Positions 40,833 through 51,444 of a stretch of 64,000 nt of DNA are shown one piece after another. The stretch comes from Octopus bimaculoides (taxonomy: Eukaryota): assembly GCF_001194135.2 (NCBI RefSeq), contig NC_068984.1, positions 119,334,594 through 119,398,593 of the forward strand, in the 5' to 3' direction. Each line of letters starts with the position of its first letter. The stretch's first letter is position 1. Below the pieces are notes generated by a model. The model ran no database searches. It was not told where the DNA came from and saw nothing but the letters and a program-made list of their open reading frames with translations. Both the position numbers and the translations under genes were made by a program.

Positions 40833-41539
40833 ATGTAGATAGATAGAGAGAGAGAGAGAGAGGAAGGGGGAGAGAGGCTTCTGATTGTATGCATTTATGT
40901 GTGTTTAAATTAGAAGATAATCATTGTTAGATTACATGCTTTTTTTATCAACTGATGCATAAACATACTCACATATACACACACAAACTCACACTTGCAA
41001 ACACACATACACATGCGCACACACAAACTCACATGCACACACACACACACACACACACATACATATTTATAGATAAAGAAAACAACAAATATAAATAAAA
41101 CACATCAAAGATGCACCACCTCAAACAGAATTTTTTTTTTCTCTTTCTTTTTCAATAAACCCACAATATCTCAGTCCTCAGAACTGCACTTGATCTGAAG
41201 AACACAGTAACCCAATTTCTATAAAACTAATAGAGCTGGATACAACATTTCATTTCAAATTTAAGGGTTAGTAATAGTATCCTAACAAAACAAAAAATTT
41301 CCCCATATCCTGTGTCAGTGTTATTCAGGAGAGGAAAAAGGCAGTTAGGGTTAAAAGCTAATTCATGCATCTTTCATGTATAGCAAACTGTCAGTTCCCC
41401 CAATACATTTTTTTTACAGTTCAACTGTTTATCGTTGAATATTAAACTCATGTACATAACTCTGTGTTGTCTTTTAACCAATACTTTCTTCTGTTAACTT
41501 GGAAGAGAGAAAGCGAGAGAGAGAAAGTGAGAGAGAGAA

Positions 41540-41584
<45 letters not shown>

Positions 41585-44500
41585 AAGAGAAAAAGAGAGA
41601 CAGACAGACAGAGGGAGAGAGAGAAAAAGAGAGAGAAAAAGAGAGAGAACAAAAGAGACAGAGTGAGAGACAAAGTGATAGAAAGAGAGAGAGAGGGAGA
41701 CATGGGGTTGTTGGACTAAAAGAGAGTATGATTTTGCTTGTTTCAGTCATTAGACTGTGGCCATGCTGGGGCACCGGCTTGAAGAATTTTAGTTGAATGA
41801 ATCAAACCCCAGTACTTTTTAATTTTTTAAGCCTGGTACCTATTTGATCGGTCTCTTTTGCTGAACTAATAATGTTACGGACACGTAAACACACCAGCAC
41901 TGACTGTCAAGCAGTGATGGGGTACAAACACGCACACACTCACACTTCTTTCAGTTTCTGTCTCCCAAGTCCACTCACAAGGCTTTGGTCAGCCCAGGGC
42001 TATAGTAGAAGACACTTGCCCAAGGTGCCACGTAGTGGGATTGAACCCAGAGCCATGTCGTTGAGAAGCAAGCATCTTATCACACAGAAAGAGAAATGTA
42101 AAGCATTTCTGCTAAGAAAATTTGATCCACAATCTTGCAGAAACAATGTGTTAGTTAATTTTATTTCTCTTAATATTTTACCAATTTTTTTGGGGCGTGG
42201 GGGGTCCCTTTATATTATTTGGCAATGAGCTGGCAGAACTGTTAGCATGCTACACAAAATGCTTAGCAGTATTCCTTCCAGCTTTACATTCTGAGTTCGA
42301 ACCCCACTCAGGTTGTCTTTTCCTTTCATCCTTTTGGGGCTCGATAAAATAAATAACAGTTGAGCTGTGGTAGCAGTGATGGTGATGTGTCAGGGTAGTT
42401 GACTAACACCCTCCCACAAAATTTCAGGATTTGTATCCTTAGAATGAATTATTATTATTAGGTAGATTAGCAAAGCCATTAGAGCATTGTGAAAAAATGC
42501 TTTGTGGTAATTTTTTCAGCCCTTTATGTTCTGAGTTCAAATCCTGCCAAAGTCAACTTTGCCTTTCATCCCCCCAGGGTCAATAAAATAAAGTATCAAT
42601 GAAGTGCTGGTGTTGATGACATCAATTAACCCTTTAGCATTCAAATTGTTCTGTCAAATGTAATGCTTATTTATTTACATTGTTTTGAATTAATCATACA
42701 TCATCTTGTTGCTTCAAGATTTTGATCACATGATTGTTTATTTTTATAATGACATGGTAGGGTAGGTGTAAGAGGCCAGGTCTGGCTTGTTTGAACATTG
42801 AATATACTCAACACATTTGAACCAGATATGGTCTGTTTAAATGCTAGAGTTAAACCTCTCTCCTCAACGTTTTTGGCATTAGGTCTAAATCAGAAACCTT
42901 ATTTACATTATTGACATTCGATGATTATTTGTCCTCATCTTGTTTGTTGTTAACGCAATGCTTCGGCTGATATACCCTCCAGCCTTCTTCAGGTGTCTTA
43001 GGGAAATTTCGAACCTGGGTTCTCATTCCTAAGGTATTTTTCGATGTTATTATTATTATTATTGTTCAGGTCACTGCTTGGAATCGAACTCGGAATCTTG
43101 GGGTTAGTAGCCTGTGCTCTTAACCACTACGCCATATGCCCATGGGCAATTATGGAGTGACTTTTTTAGGGCTTATAAATCTAATATTTTTCTATCCTTC
43201 CTTAATACCGGTTCCCATATGCTGCTCATATCTGCCCTCGGTCTGCTTAGGAGGTTGTTGTGTCCTAACATATGTGCTGCTTCTTTTAGTTTTTGTATTG
43301 TCCAGTGGTGTTCTCTGTCTATTATTTTAACTTCAACCTACAGGGGGAGGTGGTCTCCATTTTTCCATGCAGGTAGTTTATCCCATCCCCCTCCAGCTTT
43401 TATTTCAATTTCATGCAATTAGAAAAAACTGTATTATTTATGGGATGACCCAATATATATAAACATATCTATTATAATAAACGTGAAATTCTGTCTGTCC
43501 GTCCGGGACCTCTCTATCTCAGTCTACATAGACATATCATACCTTTCTGAAATCAAGATGATCCCAGAATTTAAAATCTACCCTTCATTTGGTTCTCGAA
43601 TATCCAGCATTGGGATCAGGTCTGTATGAAGATTTAACAGTTGAAAATTCAAATTTTAAAAGAACTCTTCATTTAAATTGAATTTAAAGTAATACCATAT
43701 CGGTAGGGTACCAATAAATGTTTTATTATTATTACTCTCAAATTTTGGGCCATAGGCCCAATTAGCTCTCTGCAGGAGCCAACTTGAAAGTCCACATTGA
43801 GTATGACTTTTAAGCTAGTATATATATCCTTTTTTTTTTCTTTTTACTTGTTTCGGTCACTTGACTGTGACCCTGCTGGAGTACCGCCTTTAGTCAAACA
43901 AATCGACCCTGAGACTTATTCTTTGTAAGCCTAGTACTTATTTTATTGATCTCTTTTGCCAAACTGCTAAGTTATGGGGATGTAAACACACCAACACATA
44001 CACACACACACACATATACAACAGGCTTCTTTTAGTTTCCATCTACCAAATCCACTCAAGGCTTTGGTTGGCCCGCGGCTATAGTAGAAGACACTTACCC
44101 AAGGTACCACGCAGTGGGACTGAACCCAGAACCATGTGGTTGGGAAGCAAGCTTCTTACCACATAGCCACTCCTGTGCCTATATTTATATATTATAGTAT
44201 ATTATGTAAACAAAGAAGATGTAAATAAGAATGTGCAACTAACTAATTAGGCTTAAAATGAGGTAATGAGGAAGAAAGAGTAACATATATTATAGTCAAT
44301 AGAAATAATACTTAAAAAGACAATTGATGGTTGCCTTGAGTCTTTGAAAGTCTGTTATGGTAAAGGGAGAATTGTATTCTGGAAAAAAAAAATAAAGAGG
44401 GAGAAAAGAAAAAGAAACAAACTGTTCCTATTCTGCAAAGTGAAAAGAAGTCTTTGGCATTTGATGTGAAGTGTAAAAGTGTTATGGAGAAAGGTTGCTT

Positions 44501-46350
44501 GGATAATAAGAAACAACTAAGTGTGTAAAATGAACAGAAATGGGGGAACAAGGACAGTGTTAAACCAAAATACACACACACATACACATAATTTTAGCAA
44601 GGGTTTACAAAAAAGGAAAAAAAAATAACAAGTTATGATGGTCTTGTTTGGAAGGTTTAGAACTAAAGACTTAAAAAATACTGTCTGTCAACAAGAAAAG
44701 GGCTGCTGACCAGATAGATGCCAAGAGGTCAGCTAAGTTTGTTGATGGTTTGAAACTAAATGGAACTCTGAGCATTCAAGTTATCTTTTGTTAAAAGCAA
44801 ATGAAAAAGAAAATGGTGGTGGTGGTGGTAAGTGATGCTGGTGGTGGTGATGGTGATGGTAATGGTGGTAGAGATGATGATGATGGTGGAGGTGTTGTTG
44901 TTGCTGTTGCTGGTGGTGGTGGTTGGTGGTAGCAGAACATGTAAAGAGAAAAAAAAAAAAACCCAATTATTTGACACATGGAAGTTATCACAAACTAGGT
45001 GTCAACTTCAGGTCAGCAAGACTTCATTCAGTTTTGAGTTGGGAAGACTCAGTAGGAGGCTGTTCCATGTGTGTGCCTTCAAATTCATCAATTCAATAAT
45101 ATTTTTTAAACACCTCTTCCACCAGTTTCCCCAGTCCCACCCTCACCAACCTATTTTATATAAGAATAATACTTGAAATTTTTTTGTTTTTGTTTTTTTG
45201 GTAATAAGCATTTAGTACCACCTGTTGTAGCACTACACCAACCCCTGGTCAATTTAATACCTTGTTATTTGCAAGCAGGAGGGGGTAGAGGCTTGTTGTA
45301 GTCACATGATGCAATAACATCTTATACATCAGTCACTAGATTGTGGCCATGCTAGAGCACAGCCTTGAAGAGGTTTAGTTGAATGGATCAACCCCAGTAC
45401 TTAATTTTATTTTAAGCCAGATACCTATTCAGTTGATCTCTTTTGCCAAGCTGCTAAGTTACAGGGACCATAAACACACCAACACCAGTTGTTAAGCAGC
45501 GAGGAAGTGGGGGTAGATACACAGACACAAAGACACACACACATGTCTTTTATCTTTTACTTGTTTCACTCATTAGACAGTGGCCATGCTGGGGCACCAC
45601 CATGAAGGGTTTTAGTGAAACAGATTGACCGCAATACTTATTTCTATTTTAAGCCTGGTATTTATTCTGTTGGTCTCTTTTTGCCAAGCTGGTAAGTTAT
45701 GGGGACATAAACACACCAACGCTGGTTGTCAAGTGGTGGTGGTTGGGGTGAGGAAATACAGACACAAATACATGCACATACACACATGTTAATTTTTAGA
45801 ATGATTTGTAGGATAGGTGTGAGAGACTGGATCTGACTAGTTTAGACATGAAACTTGCAGTTATTAGGCATAAAAAAACATCCACTATTCTGGTCTCCTA
45901 ATACAATGCAAAGGGGAAAAAAGTCCTTTGCAGTATACTAGGAGCCAAGATTAGTTGATAGCACACACAAAAAAAAAAACAAGGAAAAAAAAATAACTCC
46001 AAGGTGGGGGGGGGGGGTCCGAGGGCCCACACCCCTACAATTTCAGTGGAAGAAAGTCATTTGCAGTATATTAGGAGATGAGATTATTTGATAACACAAA
46101 CTATAAATTTAAACTACGTCTAAACTAAGCGTTTTAAAAATATTCTGGCAAAAATCGGCCCTGGTAATTATTTTACTGTAAATGATTAGCAATAATAACC
46201 TGTGTTTCTTTTTGATATCAGAGAAGACAAGAATGTCATCAGCATCGAGTTGGTGGCGGTAGCGTAATAAGGAACCTGCACAGGCATTCACTAAACCTTC
46301 ATCAGCAACATGAGAAAATACAAAACCTTCAGCACGAATAAAGTCTGCAC
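29175..46350 (-). CDS. BtpA/SgcQ-family TIM-barrel protein (F13E9.13-like animal homolog), 3' partial gene model: join(complement 46200-46350, 36765-36892, 29175-29374); 5' exons not visible
   Basis: The spliced product is 159 aa with no internal stop: GADFIRAEGFVFSHVADEGLVNACAGSLLRYRHQLDADDILVFSDIKKKHSSHSITEDIDIVETAKAAEFFLSDGVILTGTATGSPADQSELEAVKKAVNIPVLVGSGVTCENLVNFVEANAIIVGSHFKDAGHWKNDLDIHRVVSFMEKAKKLRSAGN*. FIRAEGFVFSHVADEG, DIKKKHS, DG(V)ILTG.ATG, PVLVGSGVT and IVGSHFK are BtpA/SgcQ family motifs. Both introns (9307 and 7390 bp) are GT-AG with matching phases (2 and 1). Confidence 0.93.
29925..30050 (+). repeat. Degenerate ~24-bp minisatellite (GTGCCACATAAAAGCACCCAT core) leading into an RTE-type 3' UTR
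   Basis: About five units read directly; the unit is related to the GTGGCACGTAAAAGCACC motif of the RTE 3' UTR. Confidence 0.7.
30940..31512 (+). mobile_element. RTE 3' UTR with internal tandem duplication and (GAT)n tail
   Basis: CCTCCATTGGACACTAAAC...CTTGCGAAGACCTGTTG occurs twice (~30973 and ~31070); homologous to the reverse complement of 49500-50081. Confidence 0.8.
32075..32826 (-). mobile_element. 5'-truncated Tx1/L1-like LINE 3' end with AATAAA and an (ATCT)n tail, flanked by (GATA)n on both sides
   Basis: ORF remnant IVTPPSFKREGRAVFIVLVAMAKECIWWTRLKG...LINFFKYHLKRKVRVERQVLSSKCFEKRW resembles an L1/Tx1 ORF2 C-terminus; AATAAA at 32106-32101; GATA arrays at 32075-32097 and 32827-32862; internal gap. 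Confidence 0.65.
34150..34700. repeat. Unclassified interspersed repeat
   Basis: GC-richer block bounded by (TTA/TTG)n tracts, with no ORF. I recognise it only from memory of octopus repeats. Confidence 0.3.
36765..36892 (-). CDS. BtpA/SgcQ-family gene, internal exon (128 nt): SHSITEDIDIVETAKAAEFFLSDGVILTGTATGSPADQSELE
   Basis: Not in the ORF track; translated by hand. Acceptor aaatctag|CTCTCAT and donor GGAAG|gtaagc; phase 2 in, phase 1 out, matching both neighbouring exons. Confidence 0.93.
37140..37400 (-). mobile_element. RTE 3' UTR fragment with (GAT)n tail
   Basis: Reverse complement of the 20270-20503 sequence. Confidence 0.8.
37545..37745 (+). mobile_element. RTE ORF C-terminal fragment
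   Basis: MCIDENSCIKKFCSLKVDGTCGRGRPRKTWDEVMKDDL. Confidence 0.8.
37887..38114 (+). mobile_element. tRNA-derived SINE, family C, full length with TSD
   Basis: TSD GGCACATACTA at 37876-37886 and 38115-38125; B-box-like GAGTTCAAATTCC. Confidence 0.88.
39207..39353. mobile_element. hAT-type MITE
   Basis: TIRs CAGTTATGGGCAAAC / GTTGCCCATACCTG; 8-bp flanks ACCCAAAC and ACCTAGAC (6/8). Confidence 0.6.
40140..40311 (-). mobile_element. RTE fragment encoding a Cys-rich (PHD-like) zinc-finger segment
   Basis: SGRWPCSICRNVVVRNSIRCTWCKLWTHKRYSNIRVKLTGKIVFVCGRC with C-x2-C / C-x2-C / H / C-x2-C spacing; assignment to RTE is from recalled family context. Confidence 0.65.
41500..41702. repeat. (GA)-rich polypurine tract
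   Basis: Read directly. Confidence 0.9.
42626..42853. mobile_element. piggyBac-type (TTAA) MITE
   Basis: TTAA|CCCTTTAGCATT ... AATGCTAGAG|TTAA; partial copy at ~36321-36520. Confidence 0.7.
42952..42997 (-). ncRNA. Degenerate minimal type I hammerhead ribozyme motif
   Basis: GACAC-CUGAAGA-A-GGCUG(gaggguauau)CAGCC-GAA-GCAU-U-GCGUU. The core and helix II are intact, but GAAA/helix III reads GAA-GCAU instead of palindromic GAA-ACGU, so it is probably inactive. Confidence 0.55.
43070..43141 (-). ncRNA. tRNA-like Pol III promoter module embedded in the Penelope-like element (not a functional tRNA)
   Basis: GGGCATATGGCGTAGTGGTTAAGAGCACAGGCTACTAACCCCAAGATTCCGAGTTCGATTCCAAGCAGTGAC; A box at 43134-43124, B box at 43091-43080; acceptor stem does not pair well. 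Confidence 0.65.
43468..43818 (+). mobile_element. Candidate non-autonomous Helitron
   Basis: A|TC 5' end (TCTATTATAATAAACGTGAAATTCTGTCTGTCCGTCC) and CTAG|T 3' end, preceded by a short hairpin AAAGTC...GACTTT. Confidence 0.4.
46200..46350 (-). CDS. BtpA/SgcQ-family gene, internal exon (151 nt): (G)ADFIRAEG...DIKKKH(S)
   Basis: Acceptor tcttttatag|GTGCAGAC at 46351/46350 and donor CACAG|gttatt at 46200/46199; phase 1 in, phase 2 out. Confidence 0.93.
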
Positions 46351-46385
46351 CTATAAAAGACAAATGATAAACAACGCTGAGTGGA

Positions 46386-46416
<31 letters not shown>

Positions 46417-46583
46417 AGGAATGGTAAAGTACTCAACCAAATATGACTAATTAATGTTGTTACAAAATTTGGGTTTCCAAGATTCTTTTGTTTGTTGAAC
46501 AATTCTGTTAATTTTGATTTTCCAGAAATTAGTAAATGAAGTCACTTAATTTTATTTATTACAGAGAAATTGTTTTAGTTGTT

Positions 46584-46899
46584 GGAGTGGCTGTGTGGTA
46601 AGTAGCTTGCTTACCAACCACATGGTTCCGGGTTCATTCCCACTGCGTATATATGTATATATATATGTATGTATGTATGTGTATATGTTTGTATGTCTGT
46701 GTTTGTCCCCCCCAACATCGCTTGACAACCGATGCTGGTGTGTTTATGTCCCCGTAACTTAGTGGTTCGGCAAAAGAGACCGATAGAATAAGTACTAAGC
46801 ATCCAAAGAATAAGTCCTGGGGTTGATTTGCTCGACTAAAGGCGGTGCTCTAGCATGGCCACAATCAAATGACTGAAACAAGTAAAAGAGTAAAAGAGC
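46584..46899 (+). mobile_element. SINE family B copy with internal deletion
   Basis: Near-identical to 56498-56885 but lacks the GGCACCTTGGGCAAG...GTCG segment. Confidence 0.85.
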
Positions 46900-48794
46900 A
46901 AGTCTAAGTGCCACAGATGATCCAACTGATGATCAAAGATATTCCAATTGCAAACATTCTGCCCGTCTTTTAAGAAGACAAGGTGTGAGTTGAAGGAAAT
47001 TTATCTGCTGATTTTAGCAGATCAAGCAACCACATGGAGTCTCTAATCATTGGCCCCAACTACAGATAGTAAAGAACAACTGTTTTAAGTCAAACAGTTA
47101 AAAACAAACAGAAACTGGAGAAAACAGTAACTGGAAAGATCAGGTGTTGTGCTGAATGGTCTCTCGTTCTCCCTATCTCACCCTCTATATATATATATAT
47201 ATAGCTCTCCCTCTCTCCTTTATTCAGTCTTTCTCTCCCTCCTTCTATTCCTCTCATCTAACAAACAGATTCTAATACACTTTCTTTTCTATATTAAGGG
47301 ACCAATAGAATAAGTACTAGGCTTACAAAGAATAAGTCCTGGGATCAATTTGTTCAACTAAAGGCAATGCTCCAGTATGGCCGCAGTCACACGACTGAAA
47401 CAAATAAAAGAATATATATGTATATATATTTTTGTGTGTGTGTGTGTGTGTGAGTGTGTTTGTCCTTCACCACCATTTGACAACTGGTGTTAGTTCATTC
47501 ACATCCCTGTCACTTAGCAAAATTGAGCACAAGAATAAGTATCAGGCTTAAAGATAAGCACTGGGGTCAATTTGATTGACTAAAGCCTTCAAGGTGGTAC
47601 CCCAGCATGGCTGCAGTCCAATGACTGAAACAAGTATAAGATAAAAGATAAAAGAGAGATACATATTAGGTAAAACTATAATAGCAGCCAAATTTCCCTC
47701 AGTCACTCCTTAACATCTTCAGATTTACTATACTAGTTCCAGTATTTAATCCAAATCCAAATACATATTCACTGTTAATCTTTGCTACTCTGTTCTTTGC
47801 CATCTCTTCCTCTCCCCACTATATGAACCTGACTCCATAAAGTTCTTCTTACCTCCTCATCATGTACAGTGTTGGTATCTACCCCCACCCCACCCCCACC
47901 CCCACCCTCACAACCTATACTAAATACTTTATTCAATCATTTCCTCTCCAGTAGCTCATCTTCCTGTAACTCCCNNNNNNNNNNNNNNNNNNNNNNNNNN
48001 NNNNNNNNNNNNNNNNNNNNNNNNNNNNNNNNNNNNNNNNNNNNNNNNNNNNNNNNNNNNNNNNNNNNNNNNNNNNNNNNNNNNNNNNNNNNNNNNNNNN
48101 NNNNNNNNNNNNNNNNNNNNNNNNNNNNNNNNNNNNNNNNNNNNNNNNNNNNNNNNNNNNNNNNNNNNNNNNNNNNNNNNNNNNNNNNNNNNNNNNNNNN
48201 NNNNNNNNNNNNNNNNNNNNNNNNNNNNNNNNNNNNNNNNNNNNNNNNNNNNNNNNNNNNNNNNNNNNNNNNNNNNNNNNNNNNNNNNNNNNNNNNNNNN
48301 CATCATCATCACCACCATCATCACCATCACCACTACCATCGCTACCACCATCACCACCACCACCACCACCATCGTCCTTGAAAAAAATACAGTAGATATC
48401 ATTGCCAGGTGGTAGGAAGAGGTGACGAAGAAAGAAGACTGTGGTCCTCGTTGCACTTGATAATATCACAGTTGGGTAAATGAAGATGATTAGGATGATT
48501 ATTTATAACTTTTACTTTCAGAGCACGACATGTATAACATAACATGTATAATGTATAATAATATCAACACAAATGTGCACACACACTTTTCCTTTTTTTT
48601 TTTTCTTCTTTGTGTGCGTATGTGTGTGTGTGTGTGTGTGTGCGCGTGCAGTCCAATGATAGCTAAGCTGGCTGAAACTCCGAAGTTACTGGCAACAGCA
48701 TTCTTGTATAAGAATAACAAATTTGTACTCTACAGAAGTATAGAGTAACCTATCAAATTAGTGTAAAAGTGTTTCGATTGTAACTGAACATAAA

Positions 48795-48832
<38 letters not shown>

Positions 48833-49363
48833 TATATATACATGTGTGTGTGTATTATGCAGACATGGACATGTGGTTAAGAAGTACACTTTGGAACCAC
48901 ATGGTTTTGGGTTCGGTTCAACTGCATGCTACTTTGGGTAAGTGCCTTCAACTATAATCCTATGCAAGTGAATTTGGTAGATAGAAATTGTATGGAAGCT
49001 AGCCATATATGTACATATATGCTTACACATCTGTGTGTGAGTGTGTATGTGTATGTGATTGTGTGAGTACACACAATTATTCACATTTCACAATATTCTT
49101 TTCTATTCTAGGCACAAGGTCCGAAATTTTTGGAGAGGGGGGGGCAGTTGATTAGATCAACCCAATATGCAACTGGTACTTAATTTATTGACTCCGAAAG
49201 GATGAATGGCAAAGTCGATCTCGGTGGAATTTGAACCCAGAACGTAAAAGATGAAATACTGCTAAGTATTTTGCCCAGTGTGTTAACGTTTCTGCCTGCT
49301 CGCAGGTGAGCAAAACATTCCTTGTTGACCTTTGACATTATTCCCAGTTGCTCAGTGTTTTTT

Positions 49364-49428
49364 GCTCTTTGTGAGTGGATCTGGTAGACGGAAGTCAAAG
49401 AAGCCCATTGTGTGTGTGTGTGTGTGTA

Positions 49429-49503
<75 letters not shown>

Positions 49504-50081
49504 TCATCATCATCATCATCATCATCATTTAATGTCTGCTTTCCATGCTAGCATGGGTTGGATGATTTGACTTAGGACTGGCGAACCAGATGGCTGCACC
49601 AGGCTCAGATCTGATCTGGTTGAGTTTCTACAGTTGGATGCCCTTCTTAACGCCAACCACTCTGAGAGTGTATTGGGTGCTTTTACGTGCCACTGGCATG
49701 AGGGCCAGTCAGGTAGGACTGGCAACGGTCACGCTCAAATGGTGTTTTTTACATGCCACTTGCACAGGAGCCAGTCCAGCAGCAGTGGTAACAACCTCGC
49801 TCGAATGTTTCTTCATGTGCCTCCGGCANNNNNNNNNNAGGAGCCAGTCCAGCAGCAGTGGTAACAACCTCGCTCGAATGTTTCTTCATGTGCCTCCGGC
49901 ACAAGTGCCAGTAAGGCAACGCTGGTAACGATCACGCTCAAATGGTGCTTTTTACATGTCACCAGCATGGAAGCCAGACAGCTGCTCTGGCAATGATCAC
50001 GCTTAGATGGTGCTGATAGCGCTCCACTGGCACGGGTGCCAGTTACTGAATTTGGTTCGATTTTGATTTCACTTGCCCCAA
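49364..50081 (-). mobile_element. Composite insert (RTE 3' UTR + (GAT)n(TA)n(CA)n + partial SINE B) flanked by a 61-bp perfect direct repeat
   Basis: 49303-49363 is identical to 50082-50142; the insert shares diagnostic variants with 63514-64000. Confidence 0.75.
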
Positions 50082-50299
50082 CAGGTGAGCAAAACATTCC
50101 TTGTTGACCTTTGACATTATTCCCAGTTGCTCAGTGTTTTTTAAGCCCCATGGAAATAAGAAGAAACTCCTTATTTGAAAAGCCTGTCCATCAGCCCAAG
50201 CTAAAATGGACATTAAATATACAAGAATCGTCATATATATATATATATATATGACCATCATCATTTAACATCTTTTCTGTGCTGGTATGGGTTATATAT

Positions 50300-50645
50300 A
50301 CATGAATCCCATGGTCATTCATAACCTTTGTGGTTATGAATGACCATGGGATTGCACCTAGAAATTTCCCTTCTGAGGCACTAGTCCAGGCAAGGTTGTT
50401 AATAGAAGACCAGCAGTTGCTCGTGCATACCAGCCTCCCCTCCACCGATATTATCCAAGGGAAAGGCAAAGACCAATACAGCTTGACACCAGCAACATTG
50501 CAACTCATTTCTACAGCTGAGTGAACTGGAGCAACATGAAATAAGATGCCTTGCTCAAGAATACAACACACAGCCCAGTCCGAGAACTGAACTTTTTATC
50601 TTCTGATTGTAACTCTGATACTCTAACCATGGAGCCATGCACCTT
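50300..50645 (-). mobile_element. SINE family D
   Basis: Reverse complement of 27241-27577. Confidence 0.8.
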
Positions 50646-50683
50646 CTATACACACACACACACATGTATATATACATATAGAT

Positions 50684-50722
<39 letters not shown>

Positions 50723-51405
50723 TATGCATATGTATGAATAATTTTTATATGTGAGCATTTTTTCTGTATTAAACATGAATTTCCTACCAGGCCATTTGTT
50801 TCAAATACCTTTATGCTCTGGTGAGAATAATTCCAGTCTTCAATGCAGTATGCATATCAGCTGATTCCATTCTTTTGATGTTTAGATATCATGTCACATG
50901 GCCTCATGCTTAAATGACTCCAAGTATAAATAGGAATCAATAGTTTGTATGTATAAACACCAGTTTCCAATTGGTTGCCCACAGACATTTTAGTTCTCAT
51001 TTACGTTAGAAATATTTGTTTGCTAGACAACTAGTCTTTCATTCTGTTATTCTTTTGCTTGCTTCAATTATTGGTGTGCAGCTATGCTATGGCACCAATT
51101 TGAAAGATTTAACCCATTGCCAGTCTTTTATATCATATGTGATACTGATACGCAAGAGGAATTTTCCTGGTGTCCATTTTGTTTTTTTCAACCATCACAG
51201 CAACTAGGGACTTATGAAAGGAGCAGGCTTGGCATAAAGTGCAGTTGTGGCTGTGTGGTAAGAAGTTTGCTTCCCAACCATATGGTGCCAGGTTCAGATC
51301 CACTGTGTGACACCTAGGGCAAGTTCCTCCTACTATATAGCTTTGAGCTCACAAAACCTTGTGAGTAGATTTAGTAGATGGAAACTGAAAGAAGCCCATT
51401 GTGTG

Positions 51406-51444
<39 letters not shown>

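Larger units (their letters stand above)
42900..43440 (-). mobile_element. Penelope-like element 3' end: GIY-YIG C-terminus, tRNA-like module, (AAT)n and a minimal hammerhead-like motif
   Basis: 43370-43173 translates AWKNGDHLPL*VEVKIIDREHHWTIQKLKEAAHMLGHNNLLSRPRADMSSIWEPVLRKDRKILDL*, the GIY-YIG C-terminal H...W..VKIID.E..W..RKLKEA motif. Confidence 0.85.

Noticed and set aside
43070-43141. Functional tRNA-Ser(ACT) gene, and similarly the SINE heads at 7977, 21596 and 27241
   Set aside because: Acceptor and anticodon stems pair poorly and all are embedded in repeats; these are tRNA-derived promoter modules only.
49776-49898. Tandem duplication of ~55 bp in the RTE UTR
   Set aside because: The two copies flank a 10-N join, and the homologous locus at ~63880-63940 has one copy; contig-overlap artefact.
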